DNA from: the human T2T-CHM13v2.0 reference genome, Homo sapiens
Direction: 5' to 3' (one strand)
DNA: 64,000 nt
Assembly: GCF_009914755.1 (NCBI RefSeq)
Contig: NC_060931.1
This document shows positions 15,166 to 29,725 of the stretch, piece by piece. Within the stretch, counting starts at the first letter, position 1. The number at the start of each line of letters is the position of its first letter. The notes beneath the pieces are model-generated. The model had not been told where the DNA came from. It ran no database searches and was given only the letters and a program-made list of their open reading frames with translations. The position numbers and the translations under genes were made by a program.

Positions 15166-16709
15166 TTGATTCGTTGATTGTGGTTTAATGATCTCTGCCA
15201 TCTGTATATTCATCAAGGTCCAAATTGGAAGGATTGAGATGGGAGGTGGGAAGGCTGCCTCATTCGGGCTCACCCCTATAACACTGGGCTTTGTCTCATT
15301 AAATGGAAAATGAAATAAAAGAGTAAATTAGGTCACCTCCATCTAGTAGGAAACAAGAGAGATATAGTAAAAAGAAAAAAGGAAGGCAGATGAATTTATT
15401 GTATTCACTTAGCAATTTTCGCTGTGTGTCAGATAAGTTATGTCCAATCAGTTGATTTCATTCCAATTCCATTATCTTTAGCTTTTTCCTAAATTAGCAA
15501 TTGATGACAAACTAATTGTACTTCTCTTCATGGTCCTTCTGTTTGATAAGTTCTTTTGTGAACTTATTTGTAGACTCTATGAGAAAATAATTAATTCTCA
15601 ATGCAATTTTATGACCTGTTTTAGCAATGACCTAGCACTCTAGTATTTTCTGTGCAAAGTTAGTTGCTTCTGCCATGCAGAGCCTAATATAAATAATAAA
15701 AGATCTCTAATATAAAATGAAATACATAAAATGAGGCTATATTTGTATGGGAATTTCTATGATAGATCAGTAAGTGAAAAGGTATGTTAAAGACCAGATT
15801 GTAAATGTTTTTTGTTTGTTTATTTGCGTGCATATCTAAATATCTGTTACGTTAAATGTTGCATCTGTGTATATGTACTATGAAGAGTAATAATAGCAAT
15901 GACTTCTATGGATTATTAGGGTTCTTTCTTTAACTGTATTGTATGAAATTCTACAGGAGCAAGAGAAAGATGTATCTTATTTTCAATAGCAAAGAGTAGT
16001 CCAGGGAAGCTGGAGCAAGAGATACACAAAAGCAATGTATGAACCATAAAAATGGGAGGAAAATATGGTATAAGTGAAGATATATAAGCTAGATTGAGTA
16101 GTAGTCAATGAGTTCTTTGCCCTAAGAAGGAGCATACATTTTTATAGCATACTTCTATAACTCTGAATGTTTAACCATTTATTTTATGTTGTTATGATTT
16201 AAAAATCTAGAACGACTGGGTCAAAACAGGAAAAGGACTTTTGAAATAATGGAAAAACTAAGGAAACTGTGGGTAAGACAGGATTAAACAAGCTGCCCCA
16301 ATTTATGTTGCTAGGAATAAAATCTAAATATTTTGACTCTAAGGAGCATGCTGCTACCTCTGAAAGTCACGCCTTTCACCAAAAAGTATTAATTATACAA
16401 AGTTAAGTTAAACTTGACCCTCAACTATGTCTAAAAATTATTATAAAAATTGGAAGAGAATATCATATTCTGTTTCCTGTACTTTCCACATATTATTAAA
16501 GAAAAATGTGATATGTGAAAATTAGAAAATGTAAAATATAAATTAAATTTAGACAAAATTTGGCTTGCAGACATCAGGAGTAATTTAAGAAGCTCTGGCC
16601 AAACCTCCCAACAAACTTGCCTTCTGCTTCCCATCCTGCCTTGTTCCTTATGACTAAAACTATCTTGAATTACAAGCTGAACGAAAAGCTCTTCTATGGC
16701 TTCCCAAGC

Positions 16710-16935
16710 AGCACAGCAGTTCCTCAAGAGGTCTTTTGTCTTCCCCCGATGTCCATTTCAGGGTCTGGTGTCCCAACTCAGTGCTCCAGGACTGCACCTT
16801 GCCTTCTGCTCCTGAGTGTCCCGATGTTGTGTGCCCCCCCACATTTCTGACCATCATTAGTTATTGCATTAACTAATGACCCTGAAATGGACATCAGGGG
16901 GTAGATAAAAGACCTCTTGGAGGAACTGCTGTGCT
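16710..16935. repeat. Inverted repeat of unique sequence: arms 16710-16765 and 16878-16935, 112-nt spacer
   Basis: Reverse complement of the left arm aligns to the right arm with 2 substitutions and 2 single-base indels. Confidence 0.95.
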
Positions 16936-18130
16936 ACTGATGATGGAAAGGAATAGTCATAACACGTGATGCAGGGTAAATGTGCAGGTATAGGTAGAGT
17001 AGCTCGAACTTCAAAAGGCAGAAGTTGAATGTACACGTAAGACCACAGAGTGATGTGTTCAACTCAGAATGTGCCTTTTGCCATGGAATTTTTCCTAATA
17101 TAAAAGTGAGGATGTTATTGCTAGAATTTCTGTTCAGCTAGCACTGTCTCATTCTTGAGTCATTTGTTGTTTTTAGTTGTTTTCCTCCATTAGGCTTATG
17201 TTACCAAATGGGTCATATAAAACATCTATTTGAAGTGTTATAGTTTAAACATATATTGTTTTGTGAAACATTTTCAGACATTATATTTCAGCAGAGATGC
17301 ATTTGAAAACCATACTTTTGTGTCAATTACGTATATTCTGAAGTCCTTTAATCTTGTAAACTCCTGCCAGTATCCCTTGCCAATAGCCAAACCTCTCAGC
17401 CGTATCTTTTAGGTAAAGGGCAACAGCTATTTCATGTCTATTTGCCAATAATTTCCTCTGCTCCAGCTTGAGTTAGTACAGGATTCATATAGCTAGTCTG
17501 CCTTCATGATTGACTGAAATTGTGTGAAAATAAAACTCAAGGCCCATCTGCTTTTCTAATTTTCATCCAAGATTCCCTGGAAGGGAAGTACGCTGGAGAC
17601 CAAATATTTGCCATTGCTGTGTATGGCTGTAGTTTTGGAAGACATCCCAGTATGGGAAAACACAATACTGGATTATTTCAAATGTTAGTTCTCTTTTTCT
17701 TTCGCTCCTTCCCTCCTTTACTATTATATAAAAATTCTAAATTTCTCCAGGGATTTGACTGATTTCCTAGTATTTAATGTCTGCAGGAGATTGAGATACA
17801 TGTTTTAGTACAACAAAAAAGCAGACTTTTTAGAATGCATAATGAGTGATAACCATTATTACAGTTGGAAATAAAAATGGATAGTATATTGTAATAGTCA
17901 GTATGGCAATATGTGCTTGCATGGAGTGCTGCTACAACCATCTCTGGGAAATTTCAAATTCATTGTGGGCTCTTTCATGTTGCTTGAGGTGTTCCCTCTT
18001 TCTAAAATTTCCTTTCTACCTATCTGTAGTCTCTAATTTCTTCAGATTCTATTCATTAATTATATGGCATCTGACACTCTAATCATTAATCATTCTGATT
18101 CCTAAGTTCCTTCATATTTGTTATACTGGA

Positions 18131-18346
18131 TAAGAGGTTTGGAAACTCACTCTGTAAAAGCTCAGATAGTAAATAGTTTAGTTTCGTGGGCCATATGATA
18201 TCCATTGCAATATTCTACTGCTGTGTGAAAGCCATCAGAGACAATACATAAATGCATGATGTGTAACTGTGCTCCAATAAAACTTTACTTACAAAAGCAA
18301 TCTGTGGGCTGGGTTGGGCCTGCAGGCCATAGTTTTCTAACTCTTG
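18131..18346. mobile_element. MER58A-like hAT-Charlie MITE
   Basis: ctgtaaaagctcagatagtaaata...ccaataaaacttta...gggcctgcaggccatagttt. Confidence 0.8.
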
Positions 18347-18662
18347 GTGGTTAACACTATTTTGGGGTTTTCAGAGCTTGAGAGAAACTTAAACTTCCTC
18401 ATATTACTTGTGTATCACCTGTAGGAAAGGGGTTCATTGACATATTCAGGGTCACACGTTTATGATGGAGCCAGGTCTAATGAGCAACTCAACTAACAAC
18501 AACCCTACATTTCTAATTTATTTGTGGCTTTTTGTATTTGATTTTATTCTATTTAGCATTGAATTTTAAACCATTTTTATTACTCTTTTGTTGCTTCATG
18601 TTTAATTACTTTTTGTGGATTCATTTATTACTGCCACTTATGGAGGAATATGCCATATCTTT

Positions 18663-18734
18663 GTATGTATGTGTGTGTGTGCATATATACAAATGGAATG
18701 TAGCGAAATGGAATTATATATATATATGTGTGTG

Positions 18735-18776
<42 letters not shown>

Positions 18777-18780
18777 TATA
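18663..18780. repeat. Compound (TG)/(TA)/(CA)n microsatellite
   Basis: Long CA run at about 18738-18770. Confidence 0.95.
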
Positions 18781-19299
18781 ATCTGCCTGAAGTAGTGAAA
18801 ACAGCAAAATGCAGTGTAAGATCTCAATAAATAATCGTGATTAATGTCCTCCAGGGAAAAATATAGTAATTGTTGCATTTTTTAGCTTATAATATGATTA
18901 TAGATTATGTTTTAATTTGGAAGAATGTGAGATTGCTGGTGCTTTACATTCTGATAATAATTTTGCAGTCACCTTTAAAAAAAATTGCTTATTGGCCCTG
19001 ATCTTTACTAAGCTCAATTTAATTCTAATTATTGTTATTCTGAATAATTATATAATTTTTTCAAATTATTACTTTAATTTTTAAATTTTTAAAAATTGAT
19101 TTGATTTTTTAAATTAGTAAAAAATGTAAAATTTGGTACTCAGATGATGAATTAGTTACAGAAGCCAATTTGTTTAATGTAATAACTCTAAACTATATTA
19201 TGGTTTTATAAATGCTACATATAAATTCTAAATTTAAATTAGCTATTGGATCATTTAATCAGTTATCAACTTAGTTTAATTACATTCAACGCAACCATA

Positions 19300-19750
19300 T
19301 CTATCCATTGGATATTCACTCTTAGAAAATGTGTCATGCATTATTATCAAGTATGAGCTAGCCTGATTGAGCAGGTATGGACTAGAAAAATTTCTCCTAG
19401 CATGATCCTGCAGATTTATAACGTGGCTTTCTTCCTCATTTTCTTCATATTTCTACTCAAATGCTACCTGATCATTTTGTCAAAACTTTCCTTGAGAAGG
19501 CAGCATAAAATAGCAATTCTCTTCCTCTCCACCTCACCCCCAAACTCCCTGCCCACTGTTTCATATTTAATGTTCCTTCTTAGTATTAATTACCATAGCA
19601 TACTATAAATTTACATTTTTTCGTTGGCATGTTTCTTCCCACAAAAACATAAGCTCTACAAGGGCAGGGCATTGTTAATTTCACCTTCAGCTGCACTTCA
19701 GTGCTTGGCAGTTGATGCATATTTAAATGAATGAAATGAACATGAGTGAA
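19300..19750 (+). mobile_element. L2 3' fragment
   Basis: taagctctacaagggcaggg...cagtgcttggca...aatgaatgaa. Confidence 0.65.
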
Positions 19751-20431
19751 TGTTAGCACATTTCTAATATAACGGGAACATTAGAAGGAATGTTTACTCC
19801 AATTAAAGGCAACACTTATCTCAAAAATTATAAAAAGTTATAATCAAATGTATCAGAAAGTAGGAAAATCAAGGATGTATGTTTGTGCTCACAGCTAAAC
19901 AGAAGTAGATGTTTTCGATTAATATGAAACCCATTACTTTAGATGATAGCTTTGTGAATTGATACTTTTAAAACAAATTTTAAGTTCTTTTCATTCTTTT
20001 ACATTTAACTTTCTGGGGAACTTATTTATACACACATGCCATATTTCACAGAGGCACGCAGTATAACTAAGAAAAATAAGCAATTTTACAAATATTATAT
20101 GAAGACGGATTTGTTGATTTTAATTTCCAATTTGTATACAATTGAGTGGTGAGATAATAAATAATAATTCATTTCTCCAGTATCATTGGGGACTTAAGTG
20201 AATTTACAAGAAAATTAGTTTATTCTTTCTGTTGCTAAAATATTTTTTGCTTATAAATTTGAGAGAGAAACATTTTTGAATATATAGAGAAACATTTTCT
20301 GTTTTATTAAACAGAGTTCTGAGCATAAACATTTGTGGGGAATTTAAGACCACTACTCTAAAAATTAAGTGTTGTGGCATGTTATAATATGAGATCTTGC
20401 TTCCAGACTCTTTGAGGTTCATTGGGTTTAG

Positions 20432-21750
<1,319 letters not shown>

Positions 21751-21812
21751 TTTTTCTGTCAGTAATAATTTTCAAGTTGATGGTTATTCTGTCTTTACTT
21801 GCTGATGTCTAG

Positions 21813-22114
<302 letters not shown>

Positions 22115-22272
22115 TCTTTTTTCTATTCTAGTGAGAACATGTAACATGAGATCTGCCTTGATAAGTGTGCAATATCATCTAGAGGTATAATATTTCACAC
22201 CAGATCTCCAGAACTTAGTCATCTCACATAACTGAAATTTTATACGTGTTGGTTAGCAACTCCCCATTTCTT
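22115..22272 (-). mobile_element. L1MA/MB 3' end fragment
   Basis: cagatctccagaacttagtcatc...actgaaattttatac...aactccccatt. Confidence 0.65.
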
Positions 22273-22659
22273 GGTCTTTTGGCTTTGGTAGGAGTCCTCT
22301 TTGTCTTTCCTCCTCCAACATTAGTAATTCTAGTTCCCTGTTCCTATAATGTATAAATACCTGAAGATTTCCAGGAGATGCCAGATACCAAAGCTTATTA
22401 CAGGAACAAGCTCAATTTTACTCATGATTCTCAGATAGCAAGACTGAGGTGAAGTCCTTTGGAGTAATGTGCTTTGCTATGGTTTTCCATTTGAATATCA
22501 GGGTTATATAAACAGCTCCTGTGTTATATTATATTTAGGATAACAGAATTGCCTAAATTCCTTTGCTAAATATTGTTTCAAAGATACATAAAAGACATAT
22601 CAGATTCAATGATTTTTTAACCAACACATACCAATCGTTATTTCGAAATCGTTGTTGAG

Positions 22660-22691
22660 TGTCTCTCTCCCTCTCTGTCTTTTGTTTTCAG
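22660..22691 (+). promoter_or_regulatory. CNTNAP2: 3' splice acceptor and polypyrimidine tract of exon 2
   Basis: tgtctctctccctctctgtcttttgttttcag| directly before the recognised coding sequence. Confidence 0.95.
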
Positions 22692-22802
22692 AAAAATGTG
22701 ATGAGCCACTTGTCTCTGGACTCCCCCATGTGGCTTTCAGCAGCTCCTCCTCCATCTCTGGTAGCTATTCTCCCGGCTATGCCAAGATAAACAAGAGAGG
22801 AG
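22692..22802 (+). CDS. CNTNAP2: CNTNAP2 (Caspr2) coding exon 2, start of the discoidin/F5-8 type C domain
   Basis: Translation [36 protein letters not shown] matches the human Caspr2 N-terminus as I recall it (...[44 protein letters not shown]...). Preceded by a long pyrimidine tract and ttttcag, followed by GAG|GTAAGC. 111 nt, phase 1-1. Confidence 0.97.
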
Positions 22803-22808
22803 GTAAGC
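22800..22808 (+). promoter_or_regulatory. CNTNAP2: 5' splice donor of exon 2
   Basis: GAG|GTAAGC, near-consensus, exactly where the Caspr2 match ends. Confidence 0.95.
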
Positions 22809-23539
22809 CAAATTTTGATTCTTTTATCAATAAACATGTTAAATAAGAACATGTTATATTTATAGCCATATATATATATAATCACACAACAGATGTTGGC
22901 AGACACCAGAAATCACTCCTGCCACTTCTATTAAAAGATCCATAGATGCCATTAACCTCTCATGTAATCTCCACATTGAAATAACATAGGAAAACTTAGG
23001 CTGGAAGTTAGAGATAGTACGTCAAAAAGGAAGACATTTTGAAGTTGCCTGGGATAATAAAGTCAAAATGGCATAAACGTTTAGAGTTAAAATTCCTATT
23101 AATCAGAAAATCATTTAGAAAGATGTAAAAAAGAATTGACTCCCAAAATGCGTACGGTGTATTAAAAAAAGCACTTTGTATTTACTGTATATTAATGTAA
23201 AAAGTTAGTTCCTATTGAAAATGCAAATGCCCCTTGTAATTTTTCCTCCGGTACCCAGAATGTAGCTCTATTATAAAATCTGTGTAAAAAATCGTTAGAT
23301 GTGTGCAACTACAATGTGAGTTCTTGACCTTAAATCATGGTATTTGTTAGTAACTGGCAGTTTCAAATTTTCTAGCAATTCACTGAGAGTAAAAGAACAT
23401 AATTAAGGACAGAGGCAAAAAACTCTTTTGCTTCAAAGGAACACTGGTACAAACATCAGTGAATGGCAACTTAAAAAGGAAAGAAACAATATTATCTCAG
23501 ATAAATATGAATCAACAAACAGAGACCATGATGTTTAAT

Positions 23540-23885
23540 TCAGTAAAACAGGAATGGTGGTGGTTGACAGGGGCTTCGGTGGAGAGGGAGAAAAAATTGA
23601 GATATCTGTTAAAAGGTACAAAGTTTTAGTTAGACAAGATGAATAAGTTTTGGATATCTATTGTGTAGCATGGTGACTATAGTTAATAATATGTTGCATC
23701 CTTGAAAATTGCTAAAGTAACAGCTTTTAAGTGGCCTCACCATTTATGAAAAATAACTGTGTTGTGATGGATATGTTAATTATCTTGAGTTAATTATTTC
23801 ACAATACATATGTCAAAACACCATGTTGTATACTATAAATATATAAATTTTTTGTGACTGCACCTTAATACAGCTAAAGGAAAAT
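23540..23885 (+). mobile_element. L1MA 3' UTR fragment
   Basis: aaaaggtacaaagttttagttagac...catggtgactatagttaataat...gaaaattgctaa. Confidence 0.85.
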
Positions 23886-23939
23886 AAGAAATGTGAAATC
23901 ATAAAACAATCTAGAATCAACCAATTCTATAAATAAAAA

Positions 23940-24190
23940 AATGAAAGGGAATGAATATAGGAGGAAGTAAGAAAGGGAAGAAGGGAGGGAAGGAGAAAGG
24001 GAGGGAGGGAGAGAGGAAGGAAGAAAGGAAGGAAGGAAGGAAGGAAACAAAGATGAAAAAAGAAAGCAGGAGGAAACCCAAAAGAAGAACAAGAAGAAGA
24101 AAATAAAGAGAGGGAGAAAAAATATTGTATCAGAAAAGAAAGGCATATCAGATTTAGAAAGACCAAAAAAGAGAAGAAAATAGATAGGAA
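23940..24190 (+). repeat. Purine-rich (GGAA/GGGA) low-complexity tract
   Basis: Nearly all A/G over about 250 nt. Confidence 0.9.
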
Positions 24191-25970
24191 AAAGCTAGCC
24201 TAGTGTATACAGAATAATATATAAGGTATTCACAGATCTATGAAGAGGTCTCAGTCAGTAAAAAGACTTGGTGAAAGAGTGATACACAAGCAAAGGTAGA
24301 GGAACATAACAAAAATGCAGTTTTAATGTAATATTAGTATAAATTAGCTCATTTTTATAACCTGATATTCATCAGGCTATGGACATGAGAGAGTTGTTGA
24401 GTTACTATAAGTTATCAAAAATTCTGCATAAAGATGTTGAAGTAATATAAATTTTAATATATTTCTCTCTCATAAAAGTCATTGAAAACAACTAAAACAA
24501 TGAATATAGACAGAAAAACATGAAACAAGGGACTGGCCATACCCAAATGGTAATTATGATACAGACCTTCCCATTACTAGGAAATCTAGGACAAAATATG
24601 AAAAAGAAATACCATATAATTCTAGGTCCCAAGAGAGTGTACTGTTCCCTAAAAGAAGTGCCATAATGCCGAGAGACATAAAGCACCTGTGAGGAATGGA
24701 AGCAGAGTCAGAAAATGTTACTTTCAAAAGTTTTGAGTGAAAATACGACTGAAGAAGATGATTTGCTCAGTAAATTTGGGCAAGTCAGGTTCTGTCATGC
24801 AAACAGCACTTCAGGAATACAAATGAGACAATCTAGTCACCAATGAGAAAATTGAAAGTGCACAATAAAGAAATTGTGGCCACATGACTGGTGTTGAGCA
24901 AGGAACCCATTTCCATATAAGACCTCGACTAAACGATGTAGGAGCTATAGTTGTAGGAGAGAGTATAAATGTTATAGGCACAGAAATGTAAAAGTGTCAA
25001 TTATGGGAATTAGAGAGATGTGGGTGTTTTTTCTTCCTAACCTTTCAGAGCAGCAGGTTACCAGATGCTGAAACTTTAGGTACAAATTTATTCTGCCTTT
25101 GGTTTTTTAATGGGAATTAACATCTTTTACAAGAAAAAATATATAGGTTTTTTGCTCTCATTTAATTCTAGAAAAGTTAAATTATTTTTTCTTTGTTTTA
25201 ACATAATACAAGATACCACTTTACACCATTTAGAGCTGCTTATGTATTTATCTACTCATACAGAGAGAGTCAGGTATCTGATATTAAGCTTCCAAAGTGT
25301 TAATATATTTCTTAACTTGGACACTTGGATTTGAGGAGTATCTTTACTTTCCTTATAGTAGTTTTGTCTGTAGTTTGTAGAATATATATTTATATCTACC
25401 TAGATGATTGACAGGTAGGTAGGTAGGTAGATAGAGAGAAATAGAATGCATTTCCAGAAAGACAGATGTTTCAAAAGCAAAAAAACTATAAAACAAAAGT
25501 TACAGTTTCTTAACTGTGTGACCCACAGTTCATCTCTTTTTGACCATTGATATACTGGATTGTCATACATTAGGGTGAAATTATCACGTTGGGAAAGAAA
25601 GTGTTGTCTGTCCTATAGATATAGATCTACACTTCATTGTAGCCCATTTTATCATTTGTTATGTGGGGATGTGCAGCTACGTACTTTTTGGCTTCTAAAG
25701 ACTGCTTTGCTTATCAGCGTTATGCTGTCCATAATGACATATAACTCGCCCTCCCCAACGCTCTCATTTTTGCTCCCTAATTTTTACGGATGGTGAGGTA
25801 ACTAAGCTATATCTTCACCCTTTATGCTGCTCTGCCCCTGCAGGTACAGCAAGAAACATACATGTAGGGCTTCACCCTTGTTGGCCACGTAAATGTGGGT
25901 CAAGGGAACTAGCATGAGAAAGAAAGGTTATATCCTCTCCAAGGAAAAACAAAAAGAAAGTCATACATAG

Positions 25971-26202
<232 letters not shown>

Positions 26203-28614
26203 ACAACAAAATATTTTCTTCCACTCTAAAATTTATATGCAAATGCCCTTGGGAGAAGAGCCATGTAGGGTGAAATTCTTGAAAACATATATGTGGCTAA
26301 TAGCCAGCATTGAGAGAAAAGAGATTTTTTTTTTTAAGTATAGCATGATGTTATATATCTGGAAGATATAAAGAAGACAGACAATTCCAAGCAGAAAAAA
26401 TATATGAACATTATAGAATCCAGGAATGTTGGAGATACATTTTCTTAATTTACAAGTGGCAAGAGTCATCTGATACAGACACTATATAAGTATCTGAAAG
26501 TGAGAAGATCATATACTAACAGAAAAATATCAGAATGTAACCTACTAATTATACAAATGCAGAAAAGAACAAATTCAGTTGAGCATTATGTTGATAAACA
26601 TTGGCTTCAAGTTTTATTATTTACTTAAATGATATTCCTAAAGTACATTTTGGAGAGAAAGTTTATAAATACATAGGAAAGCACCATATAAATGCATATA
26701 TTCAAATGACAGATTGTCACATATTTATGAAATTGAATTTAGTTTATGGTTCTCCACAATACAAATCCATCTGCTATAATCTTGATGTCAGGGACCAGTA
26801 CATGGCAAAAGTATGGAGGAAATGAGATGTTTAAATGAAAAATCCATGCGTAATTCTGACATGTCTTTTGGAGCTCATTGTTTTTAGTTTATTGGTGCTG
26901 TTGTTTTCTTATCAACACCTTATTCCTGTGATCTGTGTTCTGATTTATCCCCACATTTTTAATCCATCGAAGGCTTCCCAGTCTTGTGTCATTCTGAGTT
27001 AGTAGCACTTAGATGTGTTACTCTTTCCAAGGTTAGCACAGATACAAAACCTTTGAAAGTTTCAAACAGCATATCCCTTACCTTACTTTTAATATAGAAT
27101 TTTACAGATTATAAACTGCTTTCATCTGTGCTCTAATTGTTTCTCAATCTTCATAACAACCTGGTTAGAAAGAATGGTCAGTTAGAGATGCCAATCAATT
27201 CTTCTGCCAAACTTTCAACCTTGTACTTCATATGCCTTTTGTAGAAATCAGTCCTTTTCTTCTGCCAGAGAGACAGCCATCCACCACGTGGTCCAGGTCT
27301 CTCTCCACTACCACAGAGGCTTAGTGAGAACACCTGATCTCAACGGTTGCTATTAGAATCCCTCTGCTTTGTTACCTGACATCGTTTTGGGAACCCAGGG
27401 GACTACTGGGGAAACGATAACAGGCTATGTGTAAACTAGAGAGAAGAGGAGAGCAGGTGCTGGGGAAGAAGTGAAGACATGAGGCCAGGGTACCTGCACA
27501 GAGAAGGATGAATCAAGCTCTGGTTTCACTCACAGGCTCTTTCAGACCCCTGTTTCCAACTTGCTTAACCTCTGACTGAACTTCAGCTTGAGTCTCTCAG
27601 ATGTATCATTCCAGTTCTAATGGTCACCTCCCCCTGTCTGAGCTCATTAAAGTAAGTTTTTCTTCCTAGTTACTAAAGGACTTTTGGTTTTAAAGAAAAA
27701 CACAAACAAAAACTAGTTATTATCCCCGTTTTACAAATTCAAATAATACATATAGAAACCCCAAAATACATCATTAGGTTCTAAAGTAGCATAGCTAGGG
27801 AACAGTGGCACAGGGAGAGGGACACAAATCCATATCTTCTGCTGGAACCCAACACTCTTTATATGTAATTACACCAGATGAGGTAATATCAGTGCTGCCT
27901 TTTTGAATTAGCCCAATGATGGTGCCTAAAATGAGTTTGAAGATTTGAGTCAAGTTCAATTTATTTATGCTGTTATAGCCAGAGAAACCCAGTCATGCAA
28001 TCTCAGTATTTCCCAACTAATGTAGATCCTGAATAATTTTCTTTCTTTTCACCTTCCTGCCACTGATTTTTACTTAGTAGATATGTCTAAGAATCTTGTT
28101 TGTTGCCTCCTCAAAGATGTTTCCTCCTATGTATTTTCCCTGAGTAATTTCTCCCATTTTAAGAATGCGTCATCTTCTCTATCACACCAGAGGGCAGAAG
28201 GTTGTGGTGGTGATGTTGTTTTCACATTAGTTTTCCTCTATTTCCTTCAGCAGGGAAAACACATTGCACTTGCGGTCACATAATTAATAATCACTTATCA
28301 AAGGAGTATGTGAATAACAGATGTTTGGAGAGACTGCTAGAATAGATCTCTTGAAGTTTCTACGTGTATCTCAAAGAGAACCACAGTCCTTACCTTTCCT
28401 TAAAAGACACCACTTTATACTAGAATGATTTATAATCCTTTGGGTGTGTACCCAGTAATGGGATTGCTGGGTCAAATGGTATTTCTGGTTCTAGATCCTT
28501 GAGGAATTACCACACTGTCTTCCACAATGGTTCAACGAATTTACACTCCTACCAACAGTGTAAAAGTGTTCCTATTTCTCCACATCCTCGCCAGCATCTG
28601 TTGTTTCCTGACTG

Positions 28615-28909
28615 TTTTTTTTTTGAGACGGAGTCTCTCTCTGTTGCCCAGGCTGGAGTGCAGTGGTGCGATCTCGGCTCACTGCAAGCTCTGCCTCCGA
28701 GGTTCATGCCATTCTCCCCCTTCAGCCTCCTGAGTAGCTGGGACTGCAGGCGCCCGCCACCATGCCTGGCTAATTTTTTTTTTGTATTTTTAGTGGAGAC
28801 AGGGTTTCACCATGTTAGCCAGGATCGTCTCAATCTCCTGACCTTGTGATCCACCCGCCTCGGCCTCCCAAAGTCCTGGGATTACAGGCGTGAGCCACTG
28901 TGCCCGGCC
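28615..28909 (-). mobile_element. AluY nested in the inverted L1 segment
   Basis: gcaagctctgcc, catgccattctc, gttagccaggat Y diagnostics; TSD gtttcctgact. Confidence 0.95.
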
Positions 28910-29367
28910 GGTTTCCTGACTTTTTAATGATCACCATTCTAACTGGTGTGAAATAGAATCTCATTGTGGTTTGATTTGCATTTCTCTAATGACCAGTGAT
29001 GATGAGCTTTTTTTTAACATGTTTGTTGGCCGCAATCCAACCCAAATGGCCACCAATGATGGACTGGATAAAGAAAATGTGGGACATATACACCACGGAA
29101 CACTATGCAGCTATAGAAAAGAATAAGTTCATGTCCTTTGCAGGGACATGGATGAAGCTGGAAGCCATCATTCTCAGCAAACTAACACAGAAACAGAAAA
29201 CCAACACTGCATGTTCTCACTTATAAATGGGAGCTGAACAATGAGAACACATGGACACAGGGACGGGAACATAACACACCGTGGCCTTTCATAGGGTGAA
29301 GGGCAAGGAGAAGGAGAGCATTAGGAGAAATACCTAGTGCATGTGGGGCTTAAAACCTAGATGACAG

Positions 29368-29725
<358 letters not shown>

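Noticed and set aside
22731-22743. Internal ctttCAGCAG acceptor-like motif within exon 2
   Set aside because: Much weaker tract than the real acceptor, and use would frameshift
23874-24166. Hydrophobic F/L/S/P-rich ORFs resembling membrane peptides
   Set aside because: Translation of the purine-rich simple repeat
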